A stretch of 64,000 nt of DNA, taken from assembly GCA_965221385.1 (NCBI GenBank), contig OZ244885.1, positions 2,177,334-2,241,333 of the forward strand, read 5' to 3'. Source of the DNA: Dehalococcoidia bacterium. GTDB lineage: Bacteria; Chloroflexota; Dehalococcoidia; Lucifugimonadales; UBA3495. The notes under the pieces were generated by a model. The model was not told the origin of the DNA. It was given only the letters and a program-made list of their open reading frames with translations, and ran no database searches. The position numbers were made by a program, and so were the translations under genes. This document shows, piece by piece, positions 25,927 to 34,125 of the stretch (position 1 is its first letter; each line of letters opens with the position of its first letter).

Positions 25927-26298
25927 TCAACGGCGTTTCCACTGGTCAACCAGGTACTGGCCCTGGTCCTCGTCCAGCCCCCAGAGTTGGAAATGGACCC
26001 GGATGTCGTCGTACACGCTGACGTTGCCAGCGTCGGCAATAGCGGCCCGGTCGGGGTCCCGGTAGGCCTCGACACTGACATCCATCCAGTTTAGGGGTAT
26101 TTCCTCTCCGGTGGCGATGCGCTCCACCATGTTGACGGCGCAGGCGGTAATGCCGGAAAGAAACAGTTCCCCGGCGCCCACCTCTTCGCCGCCCGAACCG
26201 TCGGCAACCCAGTGGTGATTGCGGGTGTTGCAGATGGCGCGCCCCGGAGTGCCGGTGCTGTAGCTCCTTACCCGATAAGCCAAGGTTAGTTCCGCCAT
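25927..26298 (-). CDS. OsmC/Ohr family peroxiredoxin-like protein
   Basis: Start moved to ATG 26298 (GGAGG RBS). ..GAGELFLSGITACAVNM.. is typical of OsmC. Upstream of this, the track ORF runs through a repeat. Confidence 0.7.
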   Translation of the reverse strand: MAELTLAYRVRSYSTGTPGRAICNTRNHHWVADGSGGEEVGAGELFLSGITACAVNMVERIATGEEIPLNWMDVSVEAYRDPDRAAIADAGNVSVYDDIRVHFQLWGLDEDQGQYLVDQWKRR

Positions 26299-26424
26299 GT
26301 TCCGAACCTCCTGTTTGGCCTGGTTTCTCCAAGGGATGGCTAATATTAGCGACAACCCGACCCTGGGCGCAACCTCGGCGAAGCGGAAGCGACAGTTCAG
26401 GGCAAGGTCAAAGCCGGCAATGCT

Positions 26425-26535
26425 GTCATTCGGAGCGATTGTGCTTGTCATTCCGAGCGACAGTCGAGGAATCCCAACGGTGCTGGGAACCATGCCACCC
26501 ACCCCAAACCAACCAAGCCTGTCGCTCGGAATGAC
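26425..26535. repeat. Family-A locus A5: partial forward, full forward and partial reverse cores
   Basis: GTCATTCGGAGCG at 26425. GTCATTCCGAGCGACAGTCGAGGAATCCCAAC at 26447-26478. CCTGTCGCTCGGAATGAC at 26518-26535. Confidence 0.9.
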
Positions 26536-26689
26536 AAAAAAGGGGGTCTGGGCATTGAAATGTCGGCTTCCCTCCAATGCGCGCGGTTGCTGCCGAAGGC
26601 GCTGCCCCGCCCGGTCGTTCCCCTGTGTTATATTTACCAATCAATGCCTCTTGAACTGATTGCCCCAATCCCCTAGCGGAGGAGATGAA

Positions 26690-27706
26690 ATGAAGCTGGT
26701 GACCTATGATGCCGGTATGGGCCCTCGCTGCGGTGTGCTGCAGCAGGATTCGGTGGTGGACGTGAGCGCCCTGGTCGGGGCGTCCCCGCCCCTGCGGGAC
26801 GTTCAGGCCCTGCTGGAGACGGGCGACCAGGCCTTGGACCAGGTGCGGGCTGCCCTCCAACAGGGCAACGCCGGCGCCCCAGTCTTTGCCCTGGAAGATG
26901 TGCAACTGCGCTCGCCCATCCTGCGACCACCGACGATCCGCGACTTCATGATCTTCGAGGAGCACGCCACCCAGCAGGGTACCAGGGAACGGGAAGAGGC
27001 CTGGTACCGGATGCCCATCTTCTATTTCTCCAATCCCCTGTGCGTTTACGGGCCGGAGGACACCGTTCCCCATCCCTCCGCTTCCAACATGCTGGACTAC
27101 GAACTGGAAATCGGCTGCGTCATCGGCAAGGAGGGTTCCAACGTGGCGGAGGCCGATGCCCTGGATTACATCGCCGGGTTCCTGATCTTCAACGACTGGA
27201 GCGCCCGGGACCTGCAGCGAGACGAGAGCGCCGTGGGCTTGGGGCCGGCCAAGGGCAAAGACACTGCTTCCTCCCTGGGCCCCTACCTGGTCACCACCGA
27301 CGAACTGGCCCCATACATCCGCGATGGCAGGCTCCACGTCAAGTGCTCCGCCCGGGTCAACGGCGTGCCCTGGGTGGAAGAGAGCGACGGCAGCCTTTCC
27401 TACCACACCTGGGGGGCCATGGTGGAGCGGGCCTCCAAGGATAGCCGCATTGCCGTGGGGGACGTGCTGGGATGTGGCACCGTGGGCGGCGGCTCCATCG
27501 GCGAGGCCATCCGCAAGGGGTACGAGGCTCGCTTCCTGCAGCCGGGCGACGTGGTGGAGTTCGAGGTCGAGGCCCTGGGAACCCTGCGCAATACCGTAGG
27601 CCCCAAGGTGGGTGAAGACCCCAACTACCGCTACGGGGTGGGTATCCAGGTTGACATGCCGGCGCCGGGCGTGGCCCGGGGCTACGTCTATGAACTGAAA
27701 ATCTAG
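26690..27706 (+). CDS. fumarylacetoacetate hydrolase (FAH) family protein
   Basis: Start at ATG 26690 (GGAGGAG RBS). FAH-type C-terminal domain (..DYELE..G..NDWSARD..). Confidence 0.8.
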   Translation: MKLVTYDAGMGPRCGVLQQDSVVDVSALVGASPPLRDVQALLETGDQALDQVRAALQQGNAGAPVFALEDVQLRSPILRPPTIRDFMIFEEHATQQGTREREEAWYRMPIFYFSNPLCVYGPEDTVPHPSASNMLDYELEIGCVIGKEGSNVAEADALDYIAGFLIFNDWSARDLQRDESAVGLGPAKGKDTASSLGPYLVTTDELAPYIRDGRLHVKCSARVNGVPWVEESDGSLSYHTWGAMVERASKDSRIAVGDVLGCGTVGGGSIGEAIRKGYEARFLQPGDVVEFEVEALGTLRNTVGPKVGEDPNYRYGVGIQVDMPAPGVARGYVYELKI

Positions 27707-27748
27707 GGCGCGGTCCTGCGCAAAAGGCTGACCTGAGGAGGAATTCCC

Positions 27749-28408
27749 ATGCCAAACAAGAAGGGTACCGGGCTGTTGATGGTCTGGGCCGATGTTCCCG
27801 CCGACAAGGAAGGGGACTTCAACGCCTGGTACAACGAGGAACACATTCCGGAACTGCTGGCCATTCCGGGCATTCTGAACGCCGCTCGCTACGAGGCAGT
27901 GAAGAGCGGCCCCAAGCATCTGGCCTGTTATGAGCTGGAGAGTCCGGCGGTGGTGGAGACTGAGGCCTTCCGAAACCGGCCCCGCTCCGAATGGGCGCAA
28001 CGGGCCTCGGCGCCGGCCATCGCCACCACCCTAATCAGCAACGTGTATGAAATGATCCACCCCACGGAGTTGACGGCGGAGATCGCCGGCAGCGACATGG
28101 CCCCGGCGTTGCAGATCGGCCGCATGGACGTGGGACCGGAAAACGAGGCGGAATGGAACCGCTGGTACAGCGAGATATACGTTCCCAACTACGAGAAGGT
28201 TCCGGGCGTCATCCGGGGGCGACGGTACCGGGCGGTGCGGGGTACGCCCATGTATGCCACCGTGTACGAGTTCGACCACGAACGGGTTTCGGAAAGCGAT
28301 GAGTGGGAGCGCCAGCGAGACATCGACCCCTCCAATCAGCGAGTCCGTCCCATGATGACTCACGCAACGGGTTCCCCCGGAGTGTGGCGGAAGACCTTCC
28401 AGGTATAG
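27749..28408 (+). CDS. tandem EthD/ABM-like (dimeric alpha/beta-barrel) domain protein, tentative
   Basis: Two internally similar halves, each with (F/W)N.WY..(E/I)(H/Y)(I/V)P....PG...(A/G)RRY.AV. Confidence 0.5.
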   Translation: MPNKKGTGLLMVWADVPADKEGDFNAWYNEEHIPELLAIPGILNAARYEAVKSGPKHLACYELESPAVVETEAFRNRPRSEWAQRASAPAIATTLISNVYEMIHPTELTAEIAGSDMAPALQIGRMDVGPENEAEWNRWYSEIYVPNYEKVPGVIRGRRYRAVRGTPMYATVYEFDHERVSESDEWERQRDIDPSNQRVRPMMTHATGSPGVWRKTFQV

Positions 28409-28710
28409 GGAAGCCTTCTGCTCGCCGACCCATAATCACGAAAGTTGCCCTCCAGTGGCAGACTTTCCGAGGCCAACCGCGACGGGGGAGGTATCTCCAT
28501 GGCAACGAGGCCCGTGGGCCAGTTTCGTCCCAACTACGGGCTTCAACTATGAGTTGTAGTCCCGACAATGCATGGAATCTGCTAAACTGGTAGTTGGAGT
28601 CTTTTAGGGTCAACGGCGAGCGAATGCCCGAACCCGTTGATCTGCTGGCCTTCCCTCCCCTTTGCGCCAGCAAAAATCAGGGGGACCTGCTGGAAGGTCG
28701 AGGAACCCAA

Positions 28711-29295
28711 TTGCACCGCAATCTCAATGCCCTTCTGCTGGCAGCCATCGGCTCCCTGATTCTCCTCCTGCCCCTGGCCCCCCCGGTTGCTCAGGCCCAG
28801 GAGGGGGTCGAACTGGACGATGTTTCCGGGCCGATTCGCATCGACCGCAACGTGGTGGTGGGAGGCTACAGCCTGTTCGTGGAGGCCGAAGCCTCCAACC
28901 TGTCCCTGGGTACCGCCCTGGTTAGTGTGGCCGTGCTCAATGCCATCACCGGGGAACCCGTTCCCGGCGCCAGGGTTGAAATTCTCACTGTCCACGATGA
29001 ATCGGACGAAACTGGATGGGCCACCGCCCTGCCCGTGCCGGAGCGGCCCGAAATATACCGGGCCCGCATGAAGCTGGAGCGCCCCGGACGGTGGGACTTC
29101 AGCGTGGAGGTGGACGGCCCCTTGGGCCGGGAGAATGCGCCCGTTGGTATGGTTACCATTCCCCAGCCGCGCCAATATTGGGTGGGTTCGGTGGTGTTCG
29201 CCGGAATGTCCGTCGTGCTGCTGTGCGGGTTGGCCTACGTGGTCTGGACCATCCGCCGCGCGCAAAAGCGCCTCAAAGCGGTGAATGATGTTTAA
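28711..29295 (+). CDS. secreted FixH/YtkA-like Ig-fold protein with C-terminal TM anchor
   Basis: TTG 28711 after GAGGAA. Signal peptide ..PVAQAQE, a beta-rich middle, and a terminal TM helix. Overlaps ctaG by 11 nt. Confidence 0.5.
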   Translation: MHRNLNALLLAAIGSLILLLPLAPPVAQAQEGVELDDVSGPIRIDRNVVVGGYSLFVEAEASNLSLGTALVSVAVLNAITGEPVPGARVEILTVHDESDETGWATALPVPERPEIYRARMKLERPGRWDFSVEVDGPLGRENAPVGMVTIPQPRQYWVGSVVFAGMSVVLLCGLAYVVWTIRRAQKRLKAVNDV

Positions 29296-30355
29296 CCTTC
29301 CATTTCCCAATCAAGGGTCGAACCCCAATACCAAGAATGCCGAGCATGGCGCCTTCCGGGCCACCGGTTCCGGAAACCCGGCGCCGATCCTCAAGTTTGC
29401 CCGGCGGGCGGGCTGGTCCGCGGTGGCGCTGGGTGTCGTGTTCCTGTGGCAGTTGATTGTCGATGTTCCCGCGGCCCTGGCCCATGGGGGAGTTGACCCC
29501 GGCGATAACCTTTGGCTTGCCTGGAATACGGGCAACCTCCTGCCCACCCTGTTCCTCTTCGCGGCGGCTTATCTCTACGTAAACGGGCTGGGAAGGTGGG
29601 AACGCCCCAGCCATCCCATTACGACCTGGCATAAGGTGTCCTTCTTCTCGGGGCTGCTGGTCATATTCCTGGCGTTGCAGTCCCCCATCGACCCGTTGGC
29701 GGAGCACTATTTCTTCGTGCACCAGGCCCAGCACCTGATGATTCGCATGGTGGGGCCGATGCTGGTGCTGTTGGGCGCCCCGCTGACGCCCATGCTGCGG
29801 GGGTTGCCCCTGTGGCTGCTCCAGGGGGGTGTGCGTTCCCTGGTGCGGCGGCGATGGGCCCGGAATGCCTACTACCGGCTGACCAATCCGATCTTTGCCG
29901 TGGGTATGTTCCTGGGCGCGTTGTACCTGTGGCAAGTCCCGTTCCTCCACGATGCGGCGGTGCGGAACGATTACATCCACGAGCTGATGCACGTCACCAT
30001 GCTCTTTTCCGGCTTCCTCTTCTGGTGGCTGGTGATTGACCCCAAACCCCACCGTTCCCGGATGCACTACGGGCTGCGGGTGTTGTACCTGGGGCTGATT
30101 GTTCTGCCCAATACGGTTCTGGGGGCCGCAATCACCTTTTCCCGGGGACTCATGTACCAATCCTACAGCGACTTTCCCCAGCCCATCATGCTTGACGCTA
30201 TAATCGACCAGCAACTGGGCGGGCTGCTGCTGTGGGTGGTGGGGGACATGATGAGCATCGTGGCCGCCGGCATCGTCATGGTTATGTGGTACCAGAAGGA
30301 ACAGGAAAGAGATCGATTGGAAGCGGCTCAGAGAGGCAGTCAAACGGGCCGATAA
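29285..30355 (+). CDS. ctaG: cytochrome c oxidase assembly factor CtaG (Bacillus caa3 type, polytopic membrane)
   Basis: ..SPIDPLAEHYFFVHQAQHLMIRMVGPMLVLLGAP.. and ..HELMH.. are motifs typical of the Caa3_CtaG family. Multiple TM helices. Confidence 0.7.
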   Translation: MMFNLPFPNQGSNPNTKNAEHGAFRATGSGNPAPILKFARRAGWSAVALGVVFLWQLIVDVPAALAHGGVDPGDNLWLAWNTGNLLPTLFLFAAAYLYVNGLGRWERPSHPITTWHKVSFFSGLLVIFLALQSPIDPLAEHYFFVHQAQHLMIRMVGPMLVLLGAPLTPMLRGLPLWLLQGGVRSLVRRRWARNAYYRLTNPIFAVGMFLGALYLWQVPFLHDAAVRNDYIHELMHVTMLFSGFLFWWLVIDPKPHRSRMHYGLRVLYLGLIVLPNTVLGAAITFSRGLMYQSYSDFPQPIMLDAIIDQQLGGLLLWVVGDMMSIVAAGIVMVMWYQKEQERDRLEAAQRGSQTGR

Positions 30356-30551
30356 GGGTTCGGGTTAACGGTAGCCTGGGTTGGTAAGGGGGCCGTCCCC
30401 TACGCTGGGGGGCGCCGCTCCGCTGAAAATGACGGAACTTGGCGCCGGTATCCCGCTATCGCCCGAATTCAGGTAGAATCCCCAGGACACGCCGGGTTCA
30501 CCTTGGGTGGTGCGCCGGCAAAGAATCTCATGCCAGCCCGGCGGATCGAGT

Positions 30552-33500
30552 ATGAACTGGATTGGCGCCCTATTCTGGCTCTTGCCCCGGCGCCTGCGGT
30601 CATCGTGGGCGTTGCTGACCATCACCGGGGTCGGTGTCCTGGCGGCGGTAACCCTGATGTCGTTGGGGGCCGTGTACACCCGCGCGCTGGCAGAGGCCGG
30701 GCTGCGTCATAGCCTGGAGTCCACCAACAGCGAAATCCTCAACGTCCACCTAATTTCCCAAAACCGTCCCCTGGGGCCGGAGGACTACGACCGGCTGCGC
30801 TCCACCCTGGAGACGATCTACCAAGAACACCTGGGGTTCATGATCCGGGATGTGCAACGGTACGGCCGGCCTCAGCCGGAAATTCTCCTGGTGCGCGAAC
30901 CCTTCGACCCTTCCCAGCTTTTGGGAGCGCCCTCGGCCCGGCCCTTCTTCCTCACCGACTTCCAGGAACACGCCCGGTTGATCGACGGGCGCTGGCCGTC
31001 CCCGACTCCCACGGAAGACGAAGGTCGGCTATCCATTGAGGTTGCCGTGGGTGAGGACACCGCCTCCGTAATGTTCTGGGAACTGGGTTCAGAGGCGGTA
31101 ATACTGCCCTACCGATCCGACTTCGACCAGCAGATCCACCTGAAGGTGGTGGGCCTGATTGAGCCCATTGACCCGGAAGAAGAGTACTGGATGGGGTTCT
31201 ACGACTACTTTGGGCCTCAGGAAGCCGGGGAAGTGGTGCTGATGCCCCTGTACGTTCCCGAGGAGCTCTTCTTCAACGGCATTGGCGCGCGCTATCCCAC
31301 CCTGGTGGGGGACTTTGGCTGGTACCTGTTCCTGGAAACCGACCTGTTGAACGCCGACCTGGTGCAGCCAACCCGGAACGCCTTCCAGGAAATGGAAACG
31401 GACATCAACAAGGGGGTTCCCCGTTCGCTGGTGCTGACCCGGCTGGAGAACAGCCGCGATACGGGGTTGCTGGCCAGCTATCAACGGGCGGTAACCCGCG
31501 CCCGCGCCCCCATCTACCTTTTCATTTCCCTGGTGACAGTGGCAATTCTGTACTTCCTGGCCGTGGTGACCAGCCTGCTGGCCAGGACCCGCAGCGAGGA
31601 GGCAGGGCTTCTGCGCAGTCGGGGCGCCAGCATGCTCCAGGTGGGCGGCGTGATTACGTTGGCCGAAGCCCTGCTGGTTGCCGTCGCCACGGCGTTGGGG
31701 CCCCTGTTGGCCCTGCTGGTCTTCCAGTGGGCCCTGCTGGATACCCTAAACCCCACGGGGGGAGCGGCAACCCTGAACATCGGTCTTCGGGCCGATATGT
31801 TCCTGATGGGTGGAGTCGGCGGCCTGATGAGCCTGGCGGTGCTGCTGGCGGCCAACTTCAACCTGACCCGCCTGGGCCTGCTGGACTTTCTGCGGGAACG
31901 GGCCCGGCCGCCAACGGTTCCCTTCCTGCAACGCTACTACATCGACATCCTGGTGGTGGCGGCCCTGGCCCTGGTCTGGTGGCAATTGGAGCAGCGGGGT
32001 TCCTTCCTGGAACGCAACCTTACCACCGGGTATTCGCAGTTGGACCTCAGCCTGCTGGTGGCTCCCTCCCTGGCGCTGCTGACCGCCGCCTTCATCGTGC
32101 TGCGTCTGTTGCCTCTGGCGGTGCGGATGTTGGCCTGGGTGGCCCGGCTGGTGGCTCCGGCTTGGGCCGCCCTTGCCCTGTCCCGCATTGCGCGGGACCC
32201 CCTGCCCTATGGTTCCCTGACGGTTATCGTAATGCTGGCGGCGGCCCTGGGCGTCTTTGGGGCGTCCTTCCAGTCCACCCTGGGCCGGAGCCAGCTGGAG
32301 CAGGCCCTGTACCGGGCCGGCGGGGATCTGGAGGTGGTGGTCATTGCTCCCACCAGCGACACGGAAAGCAACCTGGCCTCCCTCCCTTCCCTACATACCT
32401 TCACCCCGGTGCAGCGGGAGTCGGTAACCCTATTGGATGTCCTGCCGGGTTCCTCCTCCGCCCTGCTGGCCATTGATCCGGTGGCGCTGCCCGATGTGGT
32501 CTGGTACCGGGGAGACTTCTCAACTTCGAACAAGACCCTGTCGGAACTGGTCACTCCCCTGCGGCGGGGCCAATCGCGGCTGCCGGACCTGAGCGGAAAC
32601 CTGGCCACCGGAATTCCCATCCCGGAAGCGGCAACGAGTATCGGCGTATGGATCAACAGCGAGACCTTCGTCGACAGCTCGGTGCAGCAGTCGCTGAACC
32701 TGTGGCTGCGGGTGGCCGATACCGATGGCAGCCACGAAAACCTGGACATGGGAGCCGTGGAAATTTCCCCCGGGGGGTTGCAGCGGGATAGCCAGGGGGG
32801 AGAGTGGTCCTACTTCGAGGCGCCCCTGCCGGAGGAAAAGATCTGGCTGGACCCGCCCTTCAACCTGGTGGCCATCTACCTGGTGGGTCGGTCCCTGTAC
32901 CGGATGCCTCCAGGCTCCCTCTACGTGGACGACATCACCGTGCGGCTGGACCCCCGCCAACTGGGACCGGATGGCGATGGAGCAACGGAACAGGTCATCG
33001 AGGATTTTGAGGACATGGGCCGATGGGTGGCCCTGCCTCACGAAGGAGACACGCCGGACGACCTATCCATCAGCCGCCGGGCTGGTCGGGTCGACGGGTT
33101 GGGGCTGGAATTCCGGTGGCAAGACCCTTTGCTGCAGGCGCCCCGGGGCCTGCTGATTCCGCCGGGCGACTTCCCCCTGGCCGCCATCGGCAGCAGCGCC
33201 CTGGGCAACGGCCAGACCCTGCGGTTGAATACCGGTACCCAACTGGTCCCCGTGTCCATCCACGACACTATTGATTACTTCCCCACCGTATTGCAGCGTA
33301 ACCAGCCCTTCCTGCTGGTCTCCCTCAAGTCCTTCCAGGACTACAGCAGGCGAATCCCGCGGGGCCAGCCTTCACCGCCGCGGGAGTACTGGCTGGCCCT
33401 GGAGGATGGGCTGGAGGACCGGGAGGCGGCAATCCGCTCGGTGAGGGAGGCGACCTCCATTTCCGCCACCATTCGGGACCGCTCCGTTCTGGTGGAGCGA

Positions 33501-33950
33501 TACCAGCAGGACCCCCTCGCCGGGGGCGGATGGAACGGGCTGACCCTGCTGGGGTTGGGATCCCTTACCCTGGTGGTAACCCTGGCCCTGGCGACCCATG
33601 CCATTGTGGCGGTCAACGGGGCGCGGGTGGAATTGACGGTTACCCGGGCATTGGGATTTTCCCGGCGCCAACTGGTAGGACTGCTGGCCCTGGAGCGACT
33701 GCTGGTGGCCGGAATGGGCCTGGTCGTCGGCGCCTCCATCGGTTATTTCCTGGGACGCTGGACCCTGGGTTACATGGGCCTGACCCCCGGCGGTCTGTCC
33801 ATAGTTCCGCCCATGACGCTGACTGTCCAGACCTGGTTGATTGGCCTGGTGGTGGTGAACCTGGCAATCGCCACGGTACTGGCCATGGTTGTGGCTGCGA
33901 TGGTCGTGGGTCGGCTGCGGCCCTCTGATATACTGCGCAATAGGGAGTAG
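30552..33950 (+). CDS. FtsX/MacB-family ABC permease, 10-TM double-FtsX type with two large extracytoplasmic domains (P1)
   Basis: Two FtsX 3-helix bundles (..RSRGASMLQV.. and ..TRALGFSRRQL..), each preceded by a long soluble loop. A TTG at 30507 is possible, but ATG 30552 is preferred. Confidence 0.8.
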   Translation: MNWIGALFWLLPRRLRSSWALLTITGVGVLAAVTLMSLGAVYTRALAEAGLRHSLESTNSEILNVHLISQNRPLGPEDYDRLRSTLETIYQEHLGFMIRDVQRYGRPQPEILLVREPFDPSQLLGAPSARPFFLTDFQEHARLIDGRWPSPTPTEDEGRLSIEVAVGEDTASVMFWELGSEAVILPYRSDFDQQIHLKVVGLIEPIDPEEEYWMGFYDYFGPQEAGEVVLMPLYVPEELFFNGIGARYPTLVGDFGWYLFLETDLLNADLVQPTRNAFQEMETDINKGVPRSLVLTRLENSRDTGLLASYQRAVTRARAPIYLFISLVTVAILYFLAVVTSLLARTRSEEAGLLRSRGASMLQVGGVITLAEALLVAVATALGPLLALLVFQWALLDTLNPTGGAATLNIGLRADMFLMGGVGGLMSLAVLLAANFNLTRLGLLDFLRERARPPTVPFLQRYYIDILVVAALALVWWQLEQRGSFLERNLTTGYSQLDLSLLVAPSLALLTAAFIVLRLLPLAVRMLAWVARLVAPAWAALALSRIARDPLPYGSLTVIVMLAAALGVFGASFQSTLGRSQLEQALYRAGGDLEVVVIAPTSDTESNLASLPSLHTFTPVQRESVTLLDVLPGSSSALLAIDPVALPDVVWYRGDFSTSNKTLSELVTPLRRGQSRLPDLSGNLATGIPIPEAATSIGVWINSETFVDSSVQQSLNLWLRVADTDGSHENLDMGAVEISPGGLQRDSQGGEWSYFEAPLPEEKIWLDPPFNLVAIYLVGRSLYRMPPGSLYVDDITVRLDPRQLGPDGDGATEQVIEDFEDMGRWVALPHEGDTPDDLSISRRAGRVDGLGLEFRWQDPLLQAPRGLLIPPGDFPLAAIGSSALGNGQTLRLNTGTQLVPVSIHDTIDYFPTVLQRNQPFLLVSLKSFQDYSRRIPRGQPSPPREYWLALEDGLEDREAAIRSVREATSISATIRDRSVLVERYQQDPLAGGGWNGLTLLGLGSLTLVVTLALATHAIVAVNGARVELTVTRALGFSRRQLVGLLALERLLVAGMGLVVGASIGYFLGRWTLGYMGLTPGGLSIVPPMTLTVQTWLIGLVVVNLAIATVLAMVVAAMVVGRLRPSDILRNRE

Positions 33951-34125
33951 CACCTTCCGGCCTTGCGGCGGCAGCCGGTGGGGCCGAAGGATTGTCGAGG
34001 CCGTCCGGCAGGGGCGGCACAGGAAGGAAACGGGGACTCGCGCTCGCCGGCCAGTTCCGTTTCCGGTTCCATTCGGGGCCTGTTCGGGTTCTGTTCCGGT
34101 CCCATACGGGTCCCATTGAGGAAGC

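Noticed and set aside
26426-28000. 524-aa ORF on the minus strand
   Set aside because: It is antisense to the FAH-family and EthD-like genes, and its end (C-terminal, low-coordinate portion) runs into a Family-A repeat. Artefact.
33951-34125. GTTCCG/TTCCGG micro-repeats between the two permease genes (GTTCCGTTTCCGGTTCCATTCGGGGCCTGTTCGGGTTCTGTTCCGGTCCC)
   Set aside because: This is low-complexity sequence without a clear period, hairpin or motif. It is likely just spacer sequence carrying the P2 ribosome-binding site.
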